From positions 1,351-65,350 of the forward strand of contig CAYZCS010000001.1 of NCBI GenBank assembly GCA_964476895.1: 64,000 bases of DNA. Reading direction: 5' to 3'. Source of the DNA: an uncultured Candidatus Saccharibacteria bacterium. GTDB taxonomy: Bacteria; Patescibacteriota; SICC01. Each line of letters opens with the position of its first letter. Within the stretch, counting starts at the first letter, position 1. Made by a program: the position numbers and the translations under genes. Under the pieces are notes generated by a model. That model was not told the DNA's origin and did no database searches. It worked only from the letters and a program-made list of their open reading frames with translations. Positions 17,897-26,182 of the stretch are shown here, one piece after another.

Positions 17897-20245
17897 ATGC
17901 CTGAATCCGACGGATTGGAGTTCGGGGGCGAGCACCCCGAGAACCTCCAGTACACCACCAAGGACGCGCGGCTCCTCAACCAGACCGAAACCGGCATCGC
18001 CCGGGCGGTCGCCGAAGAGTCGGAAAACTTCCTCGAACGCCAGTACGGACGGGTCTATATCGTCACGGATATCCCCTTCACCAACGACGCCTACGACGTC
18101 GGCGAGATCATCACCGACACGTTCCAACGCGAGTTCTTCGGGGATCTCAACCGCTCCGTCGGCGATGCGTTCGAGCACGCCCTGACGGTCCTCAATCAGA
18201 CGCTGGCCGACCTGGCCGCCGAAGGACAGTCCGACTGGGTCGGCAGGCTGAATGCGGTCATTTCCGTGGTCCACGAGAACCACATCTTCGTGACGCAGGC
18301 CGGAAGCGCCAAGGCGTACCTCGTCCGGGGCCACTCCTCCACCGACATCACCGAAGGGCTTTCCGAGCCGCCGGCCGGCGGCCAGACCGCGAAGACGTTC
18401 CTGAACGTCGCGGAGGGCGCGCTCGAGGTCGGCGACAAACTGGTGCTGGCCACGCCGGAGCTGCTGGAGCGGATCCAGATCCGCGACCTCCGCCGCACCG
18501 TCTTCCTGCATCCGCCGATCCGCACGATCCAGAAGCTCGCCGAACAACTCACCGAGCAACGTCCGGAACGGTTCGCGTCGGTGTTCGTCGAACTCACTAC
18601 CGTGGACCTGATCTCGACGGAGACCCTTTCCGAGGAACCGAACGAGATCATCCTGTCCGCACCGCGCCGACACTTCGAATCGCTCCAGCGGTTCCGCCCG
18701 CTCCGCAAGGACACCCCAGCCGCCGAACTGGCCGACAAGGCCCGCAAGCGTTGGGAACGGGAACTCCGACCGCGGGTCCAGCGGGCCACGGCAGGACTGA
18801 CCCACCGGGTCCGTTCCTGGCAGGCTTCCCGAAAGGGCGAGACGCCCCCGCCTCCGCCGCCGCGGCACGCGGCCGGCACCCCCGAGACCGAGCACCCGAA
18901 ACCGCGGTCCGACCGGCCGGTGACCGGTGCCGGAAGCCCGAATGCCGCCCTGGAGACCGTCCGACGGTTCGGCCGGCAGGCGGCCGAGTCCGCCCGTCCC
19001 GTCACCAGCAAGCTCCGGGAGCTCTGGGAGAAGAGCGGTATTCCGCGTTCCGGTGCTTGGCAGCGCGTCTCCGGAGTCGTCCGAAAGATTACCGCCCCGG
19101 TCTACCAGCGGGTGGCCGCCCTTCCCTGGCGCGACCAGTTCGCCGGCGACAAGCGGACCCTCTACCGGAACCTGATCCTTGCCGGCGCGCTGGTCCTGCT
19201 GATCAGCATCGCGCTCTCCGTGAATGCCGCCCAGAACCGCAAGGCCGAAGCCGACGTCCGCGAACGGATCGAGCAGGTCGAGGAGCTCCAGGCCAAGGCG
19301 GAAGCCAGCTTCATCTTCAAGGACGTGGCCGGCGCGCGGAAGCAACTCGCCGAGGCCCGGACACAGGCGAACGAACTCGAGCGGGAGGGCATCCTCGAGG
19401 ACGAGGTGTCCACGCTCCAGAAGAGCCTGACCGTCTCGGCGGACCGGATCAACGTGGTGGTCCGGGTGCAGGAGCCGATCGCCGACTTCCGGGAGCAGGC
19501 GGACGGCCCGCTGATCTCGATGGCCCAGTCCGGCACCAGCCTCTACGCGTTCGGCAAGCAATCGCCGGTCGTCACCTTCAACCTGAACGGCAGCGAGACC
19601 ACCGTCGGTGAGGAGCCGCCGGCGCAAAGCGCGGTCACCGGCACCGCGACGACCTCGAACGGCGACGTCCTCCTGCTGACCGACAAGCCGGCCCTGGTCC
19701 AGCTCGACACCGCTTCCGGCGCGGCCGCGGAAATCGAGATCGGGACCGGCGGCAGCTGGGAGCGCGGCTCGGCGGTCGACACCGTCCAGCAGAACGCGTA
19801 CATCCTTTCACCCGACGACGACCAGGTCTGGCGCCACACCCGGACGCTCTCCGCGTTCAACCGGGGCGAACCGTACTTCGACGGCGAAGTCGACCTGGAA
19901 GGCGCGGTCGATCTCGTGACCGGCGCGGCGGTGCACATCCTGAAGTCCGACGGCACGGTGATCCGGGCCAGCGGTGGCCAACCGGCGGACCTGCCGCTCG
20001 CGAAGCCACCCGCTCCGGACAGCTCGCTCGACGGCGCGACCGCGCTGGCGATCAACTTCGCGAACGACCACCTCTTCGTGGCCGATCCGGAGCGGAAGCG
20101 CGTGGTCGAGTTCAACGCCGACGGCGCCTACGTCCGCCAGTTCCGCAGCGATGACTTCGGCGACATCACCGACATCATCGTCGACGACAAGACGGAGCAG
20201 CTCTTCGTGCTCTCCGGCAACCGGCTTTGGCAAGTCGAGCTGTGA
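17897..20245 (+). CDS. Bitopic protein: PP2C-like N-terminal domain, TM helix, C-terminal beta-propeller (NHL-like)
   Basis: QAGSAKAYLVRG and LEVGDKLVLAT (PP2C fold lacking clear catalytic Asp motifs), central TM helix, repeats such as LFVADPERKRVVEFNADGAYVRQF. Confidence 0.8.
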   Translation: MPESDGLEFGGEHPENLQYTTKDARLLNQTETGIARAVAEESENFLERQYGRVYIVTDIPFTNDAYDVGEIITDTFQREFFGDLNRSVGDAFEHALTVLNQTLADLAAEGQSDWVGRLNAVISVVHENHIFVTQAGSAKAYLVRGHSSTDITEGLSEPPAGGQTAKTFLNVAEGALEVGDKLVLATPELLERIQIRDLRRTVFLHPPIRTIQKLAEQLTEQRPERFASVFVELTTVDLISTETLSEEPNEIILSAPRRHFESLQRFRPLRKDTPAAELADKARKRWERELRPRVQRATAGLTHRVRSWQASRKGETPPPPPPRHAAGTPETEHPKPRSDRPVTGAGSPNAALETVRRFGRQAAESARPVTSKLRELWEKSGIPRSGAWQRVSGVVRKITAPVYQRVAALPWRDQFAGDKRTLYRNLILAGALVLLISIALSVNAAQNRKAEADVRERIEQVEELQAKAEASFIFKDVAGARKQLAEARTQANELEREGILEDEVSTLQKSLTVSADRINVVVRVQEPIADFREQADGPLISMAQSGTSLYAFGKQSPVVTFNLNGSETTVGEEPPAQSAVTGTATTSNGDVLLLTDKPALVQLDTASGAAAEIEIGTGGSWERGSAVDTVQQNAYILSPDDDQVWRHTRTLSAFNRGEPYFDGEVDLEGAVDLVTGAAVHILKSDGTVIRASGGQPADLPLAKPPAPDSSLDGATALAINFANDHLFVADPERKRVVEFNADGAYVRQFRSDDFGDITDIIVDDKTEQLFVLSGNRLWQVEL

Positions 20246-21069
20246 TGCCAGACGCGGAACATCCTTCCTGGTCCGAACTGGCGAAGCGTCCCTACCCGGA
20301 ACACATCTACGATTCCGTCAGAACCGGAATTGCCAAGGGGCTGATCGAGAAGGAACTACGGAAGCAGCTTCCTGAACTGGGAACGGATGCCCAGGAGGCA
20401 CTCCGGTGTGGCATTGACCACTGGACGGATGGCAGCAGGGTCGGCTTGGCGGGTATCCATGATTTCTGGAACGGGTTCGACGGCATTACCCGGGGCTTCA
20501 AGCTCAAGCAATTCCTACCGGTACTGACCGGCAGGAACGTTTCCTGGGAGCGCACCGAGGTGGCGATCGCATCGGTCACGACGACCGCGGACCTGCCCGT
20601 GATGGAATCGCTCGAAGGACCTCCTTATCCGATACCGGACCTGCTGAAGGCGCTCGAGGATCCGAAGGTGCGGGCAGCATTCAAAAAGGACTCCGACCAC
20701 CATGCAGAGCATCCTGTCCGTCGTGACCACTATCCCGTGATCCTGATGAACGACGGTACGACAAAGAACACCATGGATGGCAATCGGCGGATCATCCGGG
20801 CGGCTGTCTACGACCGCCCCACGATCGACGCTTGGGTCGGCACGATCACTGACGGAAACCGCCCCTGCGACTATTGGGTCACCACCGGCTACCTACGGAA
20901 CCTGGTCCGGTTCGCCGAAGAACAAGGAAACGATGCCGTCACCGAAGCGACGTTCACTATCCTTAGGACCTTGATGAGCGAGACTGAAATCGCCAAGACA
21001 AACTACCGCTTGCGAATCATGAAGCCGGGATCATTCGGGGAAGCGCTCGGCAAACGCCTTGGGCTTTAG
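20245..21069 (+). CDS. Hypothetical protein with a ParB/Sulfiredoxin-like motif
   Basis: YPVILM...MDGNRRI...A; start codon coupled to the upstream stop (TGATG). Confidence 0.65.
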   Translation: MPDAEHPSWSELAKRPYPEHIYDSVRTGIAKGLIEKELRKQLPELGTDAQEALRCGIDHWTDGSRVGLAGIHDFWNGFDGITRGFKLKQFLPVLTGRNVSWERTEVAIASVTTTADLPVMESLEGPPYPIPDLLKALEDPKVRAAFKKDSDHHAEHPVRRDHYPVILMNDGTTKNTMDGNRRIIRAAVYDRPTIDAWVGTITDGNRPCDYWVTTGYLRNLVRFAEEQGNDAVTEATFTILRTLMSETEIAKTNYRLRIMKPGSFGEALGKRLGL

Positions 21070-21154
21070 GCTCAGGCCTTTCCGCGGACCAGCAGCAGGC
21101 CCCGTTCTCCAGGTTCCGGCTGACTGACCAGCGAGACCTTAAGGACTTTCTGCT

Positions 21155-22720
21155 TCACAGCTTCTCCGGCAGCTCGATCCCGACGGTCTCGCCGACCTGT
21201 TCCAGCACCAGCTTGGTAGCCTCGACGAGCCGGAGCCGCGCCGCGGTGAGCTCCTTGTCGTCCGAAACCACGCGGCACTGCTCGTAGAACTTGTGGAACG
21301 CGTCGGCCACGCCGAGCGCGTAGTGCGGCACCCGTTGGATCTGGTAGTCCTCCGCCGTCTGCCGGATGACCTCGGGAAACGCCGAGAGCTCCTGGACCAG
21401 CGCGAACTCCGCGGGCTCGACGAGCTTGCCGAGGTCGGCGTCCTTCTTCTTCGCGCCGCGGCCGGCCTGCCGAAGGATTCCCGCCACCCGCGCGTACGCG
21501 TACTTCAGGTAGTAGACGGGATTCTTCTGGCTCTGCTCCTTCGCCAGGTCGAGGTCGAAGTCCATGTGGGTGTCCCAGCCGCGCATCACGAAGAAAAAGC
21601 GCGCCACGTCGGACGGGATCTCGGCGAGCAGCTCGTCGAGCGCTACGTACGTGCCGGCCCGCTTGCTCATCTTCACTTCCTGGCCGCCGCGGGTCAGCCG
21701 GACGAGCTGCGTGACGAGGACCTGCAGCTTCCCGTCGAAGTGGTCCGCCTGACGGAGGAACTCGACGCCCGCCTCCATCCGCTTGATGTAGCCGTGATGG
21801 TCGGCGCCCCAGATGTCGATCGCCAGGTCGAGCTGCCGTTTCGCCAGTTTGTGGTAGTGGTAGGCGAGGTCGGCCGCGAAGTAGGTCAGCGCGCCATCAG
21901 ACTTCCGGAGCACGCGGTCCTTGTCGTCATCATGGTGAGTGGTCTTGAGCCAGAGCGCGCCGTCCTTCTCGTACGCCGCGTCGATCTTCTCGAAGCCGGC
22001 AAGTACGCGCTCGATCTCGCCGGTCTCGTGCAGCTCCTTCCGCTCCGAGAACCAATCGTCGAACCGGATCCCCATCCGCTCGATCGTCTTCCGGATCTCT
22101 TCCGTCATCAGCGCGGCAGCCTCCGCCCCGACTTCCGCCGCGGTCTTCGCGGTATCCACCTTGGTCTTCAGCTCCGCGACGTACTCGCCCTTGTAGGCGT
22201 CTTCCTCACCCCGGAGCGTGGCGCCGAGCTGTTCCACCTGGAAACCGGCGTCGTTCAGGTAGTACTCACGGCTGACCGTGTGCCCGGCCCGCGTCACCAC
22301 GTTCGCCAGGACATCACCGCCGTAACCGCCGCGGCCGTTACCGAGCGTAAGCGGACCGGTCGGATTCGCGGAGATGAACTCGACCTGGATCTTCCGGCCG
22401 GTCTCCGGGAGCCGCCCGAAGTCCTTGTCCGCTTCCAAGATCTCCGCGACCACGCCCTGCCACGCGGCCGGGCTCAACCGGAAGTTGAGGAACCCCGGAC
22501 CGGCGACCTCGACCGCGTTGAACATCTCCTCGGTCGAGAGCTTTTCCTGGAGCTGCTCGGCCAGGCTGCGCGGGTTCACGCCCCGCTTCTTGCCGAGCAC
22601 CATCGCCACGTTCGAGGCGTAGTCCCCATGCTCGGGCTGCTTCGGGCGCTCGACCGAGAAGTCGGCGTCTTCCGCCTCGGCGAGTTTCGTGAGCAGTGTA
22701 CGTATTTGTTGAGCAAGCAT
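21155..22720 (-). CDS. argS: Arginine--tRNA ligase
   Basis: HGDYASNVAM, VAGPGFLNF, EFISANPTGPLTLGNGR, KMSKRAG, NPVYYLKYAYAR. Start at MLAQQ (22720). Confidence 0.97.
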   Translation of the reverse strand: MLAQQIRTLLTKLAEAEDADFSVERPKQPEHGDYASNVAMVLGKKRGVNPRSLAEQLQEKLSTEEMFNAVEVAGPGFLNFRLSPAAWQGVVAEILEADKDFGRLPETGRKIQVEFISANPTGPLTLGNGRGGYGGDVLANVVTRAGHTVSREYYLNDAGFQVEQLGATLRGEEDAYKGEYVAELKTKVDTAKTAAEVGAEAAALMTEEIRKTIERMGIRFDDWFSERKELHETGEIERVLAGFEKIDAAYEKDGALWLKTTHHDDDKDRVLRKSDGALTYFAADLAYHYHKLAKRQLDLAIDIWGADHHGYIKRMEAGVEFLRQADHFDGKLQVLVTQLVRLTRGGQEVKMSKRAGTYVALDELLAEIPSDVARFFFVMRGWDTHMDFDLDLAKEQSQKNPVYYLKYAYARVAGILRQAGRGAKKKDADLGKLVEPAEFALVQELSAFPEVIRQTAEDYQIQRVPHYALGVADAFHKFYEQCRVVSDDKELTAARLRLVEATKLVLEQVGETVGIELPEKL

Positions 22721-22789
22721 AAGATTGATACCATTATCCGTCGTTCGCAGGTCCAGGTAAAACGTTCGTTCACAATTAAGGGAGGACCC

Positions 22790-22945
22790 ATGAGTTCCAG
22801 GAACAACGGCAGCCACAGCGCTGACGGCTTGGTGTTGGTCGCGCTCCTCGTCATCATCGTATCCGTAGCGTTTGCCGTATCCATGGCCGCGGACAGCGAC
22901 AGCGGCTCGATCCTGCCTCACTACGTCGTCGCCGTGCCAATCTGA
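22790..22945 (+). CDS. Small single-TM protein (51 aa)
   Basis: AAGGGAGG RBS; MSSRNNGSHSADGLVLVALLVIIVSVAFAVSMAADSDSGSILPHYVVAVPI. Confidence 0.7.
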   Translation: MSSRNNGSHSADGLVLVALLVIIVSVAFAVSMAADSDSGSILPHYVVAVPI

Positions 22946-23002
22946 CCAACGTTCGTTCACAACCGACGGATCACCGGCAACAGCCGGAGAAAGGGATTTC
23001 CC

Positions 23003-23161
23003 ATGGACCGGAAAGACCACGGCAGCTTCACCGGCATGTCGCCGACCGTCGTGATCATCGGCATCGTCTGCTTCGTGATCCTCCTGATCGCCCTCGGCGT
23101 GGGCATCGAGGACCAGTACGGCACGCCACACGACCCGGCGCCTCCGGCGCAGACCCGGTAA
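23003..23161 (+). CDS. Small single-TM protein (52 aa)
   Basis: GAAAGGGA RBS; MDRKDHGSFTGMSPTVVIIGIVCFVILLIALGVGIEDQYGTPHDPAPPAQTR. Confidence 0.7.
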   Translation: MDRKDHGSFTGMSPTVVIIGIVCFVILLIALGVGIEDQYGTPHDPAPPAQTR

Positions 23162-23182
23162 CCGCGCAACCAAGGAGATCCA

Positions 23183-23290
23183 ATGAACGAGAAAAGGGCG
23201 TTCGAAGCGCTCGGCTTTCTGCTCCTCATCGGGGGTGGTGTCATCTGCATCGGCATCGTCCTTCTGACAACCGCCGGTTGCGGTTCCTGA
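23183..23290 (+). CDS. Small single-TM protein (35 aa)
   Basis: AAGGAG RBS; MNEKRAFEALGFLLLIGGGVICIGIVLLTTAGCGS. Confidence 0.65.
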   Translation: MNEKRAFEALGFLLLIGGGVICIGIVLLTTAGCGS

Positions 23291-23305
23291 CATCCCCACA
23301 CCGGC

Positions 23306-23351
23306 AAACCCCTGACCCACCAACGTCCGCAAGGACATGGGTCAGGGGTTT
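23306..23351 (+). repeat. Bulged-hairpin repeat family A, copy 1 (terminator-like)
   Basis: aaacccctgaccca-ccaac-gtcc(gcaa)ggac-a-tgggtcaggggttt. Confidence 0.85.
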
Positions 23352-23387
23352 CTATTTGCCTATCCGGAATTCAGGCATAATCGAGGC

Positions 23388-23837
23388 ATGAAGGTCATCG
23401 CGAAGAACCGGCGGGCCCGGCACGACTACATCCTCGAACAGACGTACGAGGCGGGCTTGGCGCTGACCGGCGCCGAGGTGAAGTCGATCAAGGCGAGCGA
23501 CATCTCGATCCAGGAAGCATACGTGATCATCCGCGGCGGCGAGGCGTACCTGCTCGGGGCGCACGTGAAGCCGTGGCACGGCGCCGACGGCGAACCCGAC
23601 CCTACCCGGACCCGGAAGCTCCTGCTCCACCGCCGCGAACTGGACAAGCTGGTCGGCGCGACCAAGGAAAAGGGCCGCACCCTCGTGCCGGTCACGGTCG
23701 GGCTCAGCAAAGGTCTGGTCAAGCTCGAGATCGCGCTCGCCCGCGGCAAGAAGATCCACGACAAACGCGAGACGCTCAAGCGCCGCCAGGCCGACCGCGA
23801 GGCCGCCCAAGCGGTCAAGCGTGCCACGAAAAGCTAG
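23388..23837 (+). CDS. smpB: SsrA-binding protein
   Basis: KNRRARHDY..EAGLALTGAEVKSI, RTRKLLLHRRE, ARGKKIHDKRE. Confidence 0.97.
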   Translation: MKVIAKNRRARHDYILEQTYEAGLALTGAEVKSIKASDISIQEAYVIIRGGEAYLLGAHVKPWHGADGEPDPTRTRKLLLHRRELDKLVGATKEKGRTLVPVTVGLSKGLVKLEIALARGKKIHDKRETLKRRQADREAAQAVKRATKS

Positions 23838-23877
23838 TCCATTGACAAACTTCTGAGAATCCGTAGACTTGGATATC

Positions 23878-24339
23878 GTGAGCCTACGATCCGCATCCCC
23901 CGACTCCGAACCGGGGTCGAGACCCGACCTCGACCTCGAACCTGCCGCCGAGACCGCGGCGGGAGGCGAAGCGTTCCCCGCGGAGCCAGGCATCCCCATC
24001 GAGCCAGCCGGCGAAGACAGCGGTGAATCGAGCCCTGACGCCGACATCGTCGCCCCGGAACCGCTTGGCAAACTGGATCCGGACAGTTTCCGCGGGCGGT
24101 CCGAGACCCGGGCCAGTGCGACGAGCGGCCCGCAGTTGGAGCGCCTACTGGAGACGTTCCCATCAGGAGTCGGGCGCTACTTCCGCGAACGCACGGATGC
24201 CCGGACCGGCAAGAAGGGGCCCGGGCCCCTTCCCCGTGCACCGCTCAGTGGCCGCGGCACAGACGCGATCATGCGGGTCAAGAAAGCCCGGAAATACCTG
24301 GAAGACCGGGCTACGCCACGCGACGAAGCGGATAAATAG
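23878..24339 (+). CDS. Hypothetical protein with an acidic/Pro-rich N-terminus
   Basis: TTGACA-16-TAGACT promoter at 23842-23869, followed by a GTG start. Confidence 0.5.
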   Translation: MSLRSASPDSEPGSRPDLDLEPAAETAAGGEAFPAEPGIPIEPAGEDSGESSPDADIVAPEPLGKLDPDSFRGRSETRASATSGPQLERLLETFPSGVGRYFRERTDARTGKKGPGPLPRAPLSGRGTDAIMRVKKARKYLEDRATPRDEADK

Positions 24340-24955
24340 CGCCGTCGAACGGCTCATCCAGCCGGTACTGCCGCTGTTCCGCGGTCGTGCCGTCGAAGCG
24401 TAACGCGAGCGCGGTGTCGGGGCTCGGTGCCGTCGAGAGCATCAGCTCGCTATCCTCAAACCACTCGGAATCCCGGTCCAGCAGGTAGTACAGCTCGGGC
24501 GCGTTCGCCAGCACGAGCGGTTCCGCGGGATTACCCGGCAGGTCCATCCGGAGCATGCCCAGGCTCGTGAAGAAATCGGCTGCCGTTTCCGGCTCCGAAC
24601 TCATGCACCGCCGGGCGATCTCCCCTGCATCCAGCGGTTCCTCATAGACGGCGTACCAGCCCGGACCGCTGACTGCCTGGTCGAAGACGTCGCTCCACCG
24701 TTCGGGAACCGGCCGGTCATTGCGTCGGAACGGCACGAACCGGACCCGCACGCCGTGCTCCTCGAACCGCTCCAGGTCGCCGTCATGGAAGCGCCGCGGC
24801 AACCGGCTGATCGCCGTGATGTCGAGCACCCGGCTGGCCCGCTCGAGTTCCCGTGCCTCCAGCGATTCCACGAAGTAGCGCTCCTGCACCGGTTGGAGCC
24901 CGGTGAGCTCCTCGTCCGGATCGAATCCGTGGTCTGGCGTAGGTTCGTCGATCAT
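24311..24955 (-). CDS. Hypothetical protein (214 aa, MIDEPTPDHG...)
   Basis: AAGGA RBS before the ATG at 24955; plausible protein composition. Confidence 0.65.
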   Translation of the reverse strand: MIDEPTPDHGFDPDEELTGLQPVQERYFVESLEARELERASRVLDITAISRLPRRFHDGDLERFEEHGVRVRFVPFRRNDRPVPERWSDVFDQAVSGPGWYAVYEEPLDAGEIARRCMSSEPETAADFFTSLGMLRMDLPGNPAEPLVLANAPELYYLLDRDSEWFEDSELMLSTAPSPDTALALRFDGTTAEQRQYRLDEPFDGAIYPLRRVA

Positions 24956-25214
24956 GGTGTTCCTTGGTTCCGCAAAGTGACGGCGTGCGGGTGACACCCC
25001 TTGATACCGCGCTTTGGAAAAGTCGTCAACCGCTGTGCGGGGCGCGCGGCGGCAAGCTGGAAAATCTCCGGACCGCCCGGGCCGCGGGCCAGGAATCTCT
25101 TTTTTGGGAACATCAGCCTTGCGGCGCAATCCCAAATTCCTTACAATGCAGTCACTTTTTAGCCGTATCGGTAGCTACTTAACAACCAGGGAACAGGCAC
25201 GAAAGGAAATCATC

Positions 25215-25463
25215 GTGGGAGACGAACGGAGCCCCTCCGAAATAGAAGCAGACAAGAGGAAACAGGAACGATGGTACAGGGAGCACATGAGGGAGGAGCA
25301 AAGAAGAAGAGACAGGGGAGAACCGACCCATCAAGAGATATGGGAACAGAAACAACGCAAAGAGTCCATAAAAGCGTTCGTGCAAGTCGGGAGCGGGGTG
25401 GTGGCAATCTTGATCATCATCGGTTCCATCGTGTGGGCCGGCGTGGAGCTGTTCACCGGTTGA
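25215..25463 (+). CDS. Small protein with a charged N-terminus and C-terminal TM helix (82 aa)
   Basis: TTGCGG-17-TACAAT promoter, boxA-like GCTACTTAACAA, AAAGGA RBS before GTG. Confidence 0.65.
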   Translation: MGDERSPSEIEADKRKQERWYREHMREEQRRRDRGEPTHQEIWEQKQRKESIKAFVQVGSGVVAILIIIGSIVWAGVELFTG

Positions 25464-25525
25464 TTGACACTATGCGCGTCACCGCAGAAGTAATCCGCGT
25501 CCGAAGCCCTCGCCGTCAATCAATA

Positions 25526-25573
25526 CCCCCCTGACCCACCAACGGTTCTTACGGACCAAGGGTCAGGGGGTTT
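25526..25573 (+). repeat. Bulged-hairpin repeat family A, copy 2
   Basis: cccccctgaccc-accaac-ggttc(ttac)ggacc-aa-gggtcagggggttt. Confidence 0.85.
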
Positions 25574-25684
25574 CATTTTGGCAGATTGTCGTTGTCCGCC
25601 TGCAGACGACGCTGTACAATGGCTGACTCGACAGTCAGGTAGCTTCATTAACAATCCGCAAACCACCAATGGGGAGAGATACAC

Positions 25685-25996
25685 ATGGGCCTTGAGGCCG
25701 GTAACGAGCACCACTACACTGGGGGGCCGGAACAGTGGCAACCCTCACCTTCACCCAGCATTCCCGCGGTGTTCTTCGGAATCATATTCCTGGCGGGTTT
25801 CTTTTTCTTCTTTCTGATGCTCACGTCGGCGCTCCTGATCCATATCCTCGGCGAAATCACGCCGCTGAGCAGCGAAGGCATTCAAGGATCGGTCGGGAGC
25901 ATCATCCTCGTCGTGAACGGGATCCTGGCCGGTATCGGAGCACTGTATATCGGAATAACCTACGCAGCAGAAGAAAGAGGCAAAAGCTCTGCATAA
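25685..25996 (+). CDS. Small two-TM membrane protein (103 aa)
   Basis: TTGTCC-17-TACAAT promoter, boxA-like GCTTCATTAACAA, GGGGAG RBS, two hydrophobic segments. Confidence 0.7.
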   Translation: MGLEAGNEHHYTGGPEQWQPSPSPSIPAVFFGIIFLAGFFFFFLMLTSALLIHILGEITPLSSEGIQGSVGSIILVVNGILAGIGALYIGITYAAEERGKSSA

Positions 25997-26002
25997 GAAC
26001 AC

Positions 26003-26055
26003 TTCCCCTGACCCACCAACGGTTCTTACGAACCACGGGTCAGGGGGTTCTTTTT
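26003..26055 (+). repeat. Bulged-hairpin repeat family A, copy 3
   Basis: cccctgaccc-accaac-ggttc(ttac)gaacc-ac-gggtcagggggttctttttt. Confidence 0.85.
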
Positions 26056-26077
26056 GCAAGGCGAGTCTCGGCCGAAC

Positions 26078-26182
26078 CCGGAATTCAGGCGTAATCGAAC
26101 CATGAACGCCGAGAACCGGCGCGACCGGAAGGACTATCTGCTTGAGCAGACGTTCGAGGCGGGTATCGCGCCGTCGAACGGC
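26078..26182 (+). pseudogene. Degenerate copy of the smpB promoter region and first ~27 codons
   Basis: ccggaattcaggcgtaatcga matches 23364-23384 at 20/21; MNAENRRDRKDYLLEQTFEAGIA vs SmpB MKVIAKNRRARHDYILEQTYEAGLA. Confidence 0.8.

Noticed and set aside
22721-23338. 200-aa N-terminal extension of ArgRS in the ORF track
   Set aside because: ArgRS similarity begins at MLAQQ (22720); the extension is the antisense of three SD-led small ORFs.
23878-24339. Sigma-70 region-4-like similarity in the C-terminus (IMRVKKARKYL)
   Set aside because: Too short and weak to support without a profile search.
23306-26055. Family-A hairpins as CRISPR repeats or integron attC sites
   Set aside because: Spacing is irregular and gene-sized, there are no cas or intI genes, and the RYYYAAC/GTTRRRY boxes are not at the stem ends.
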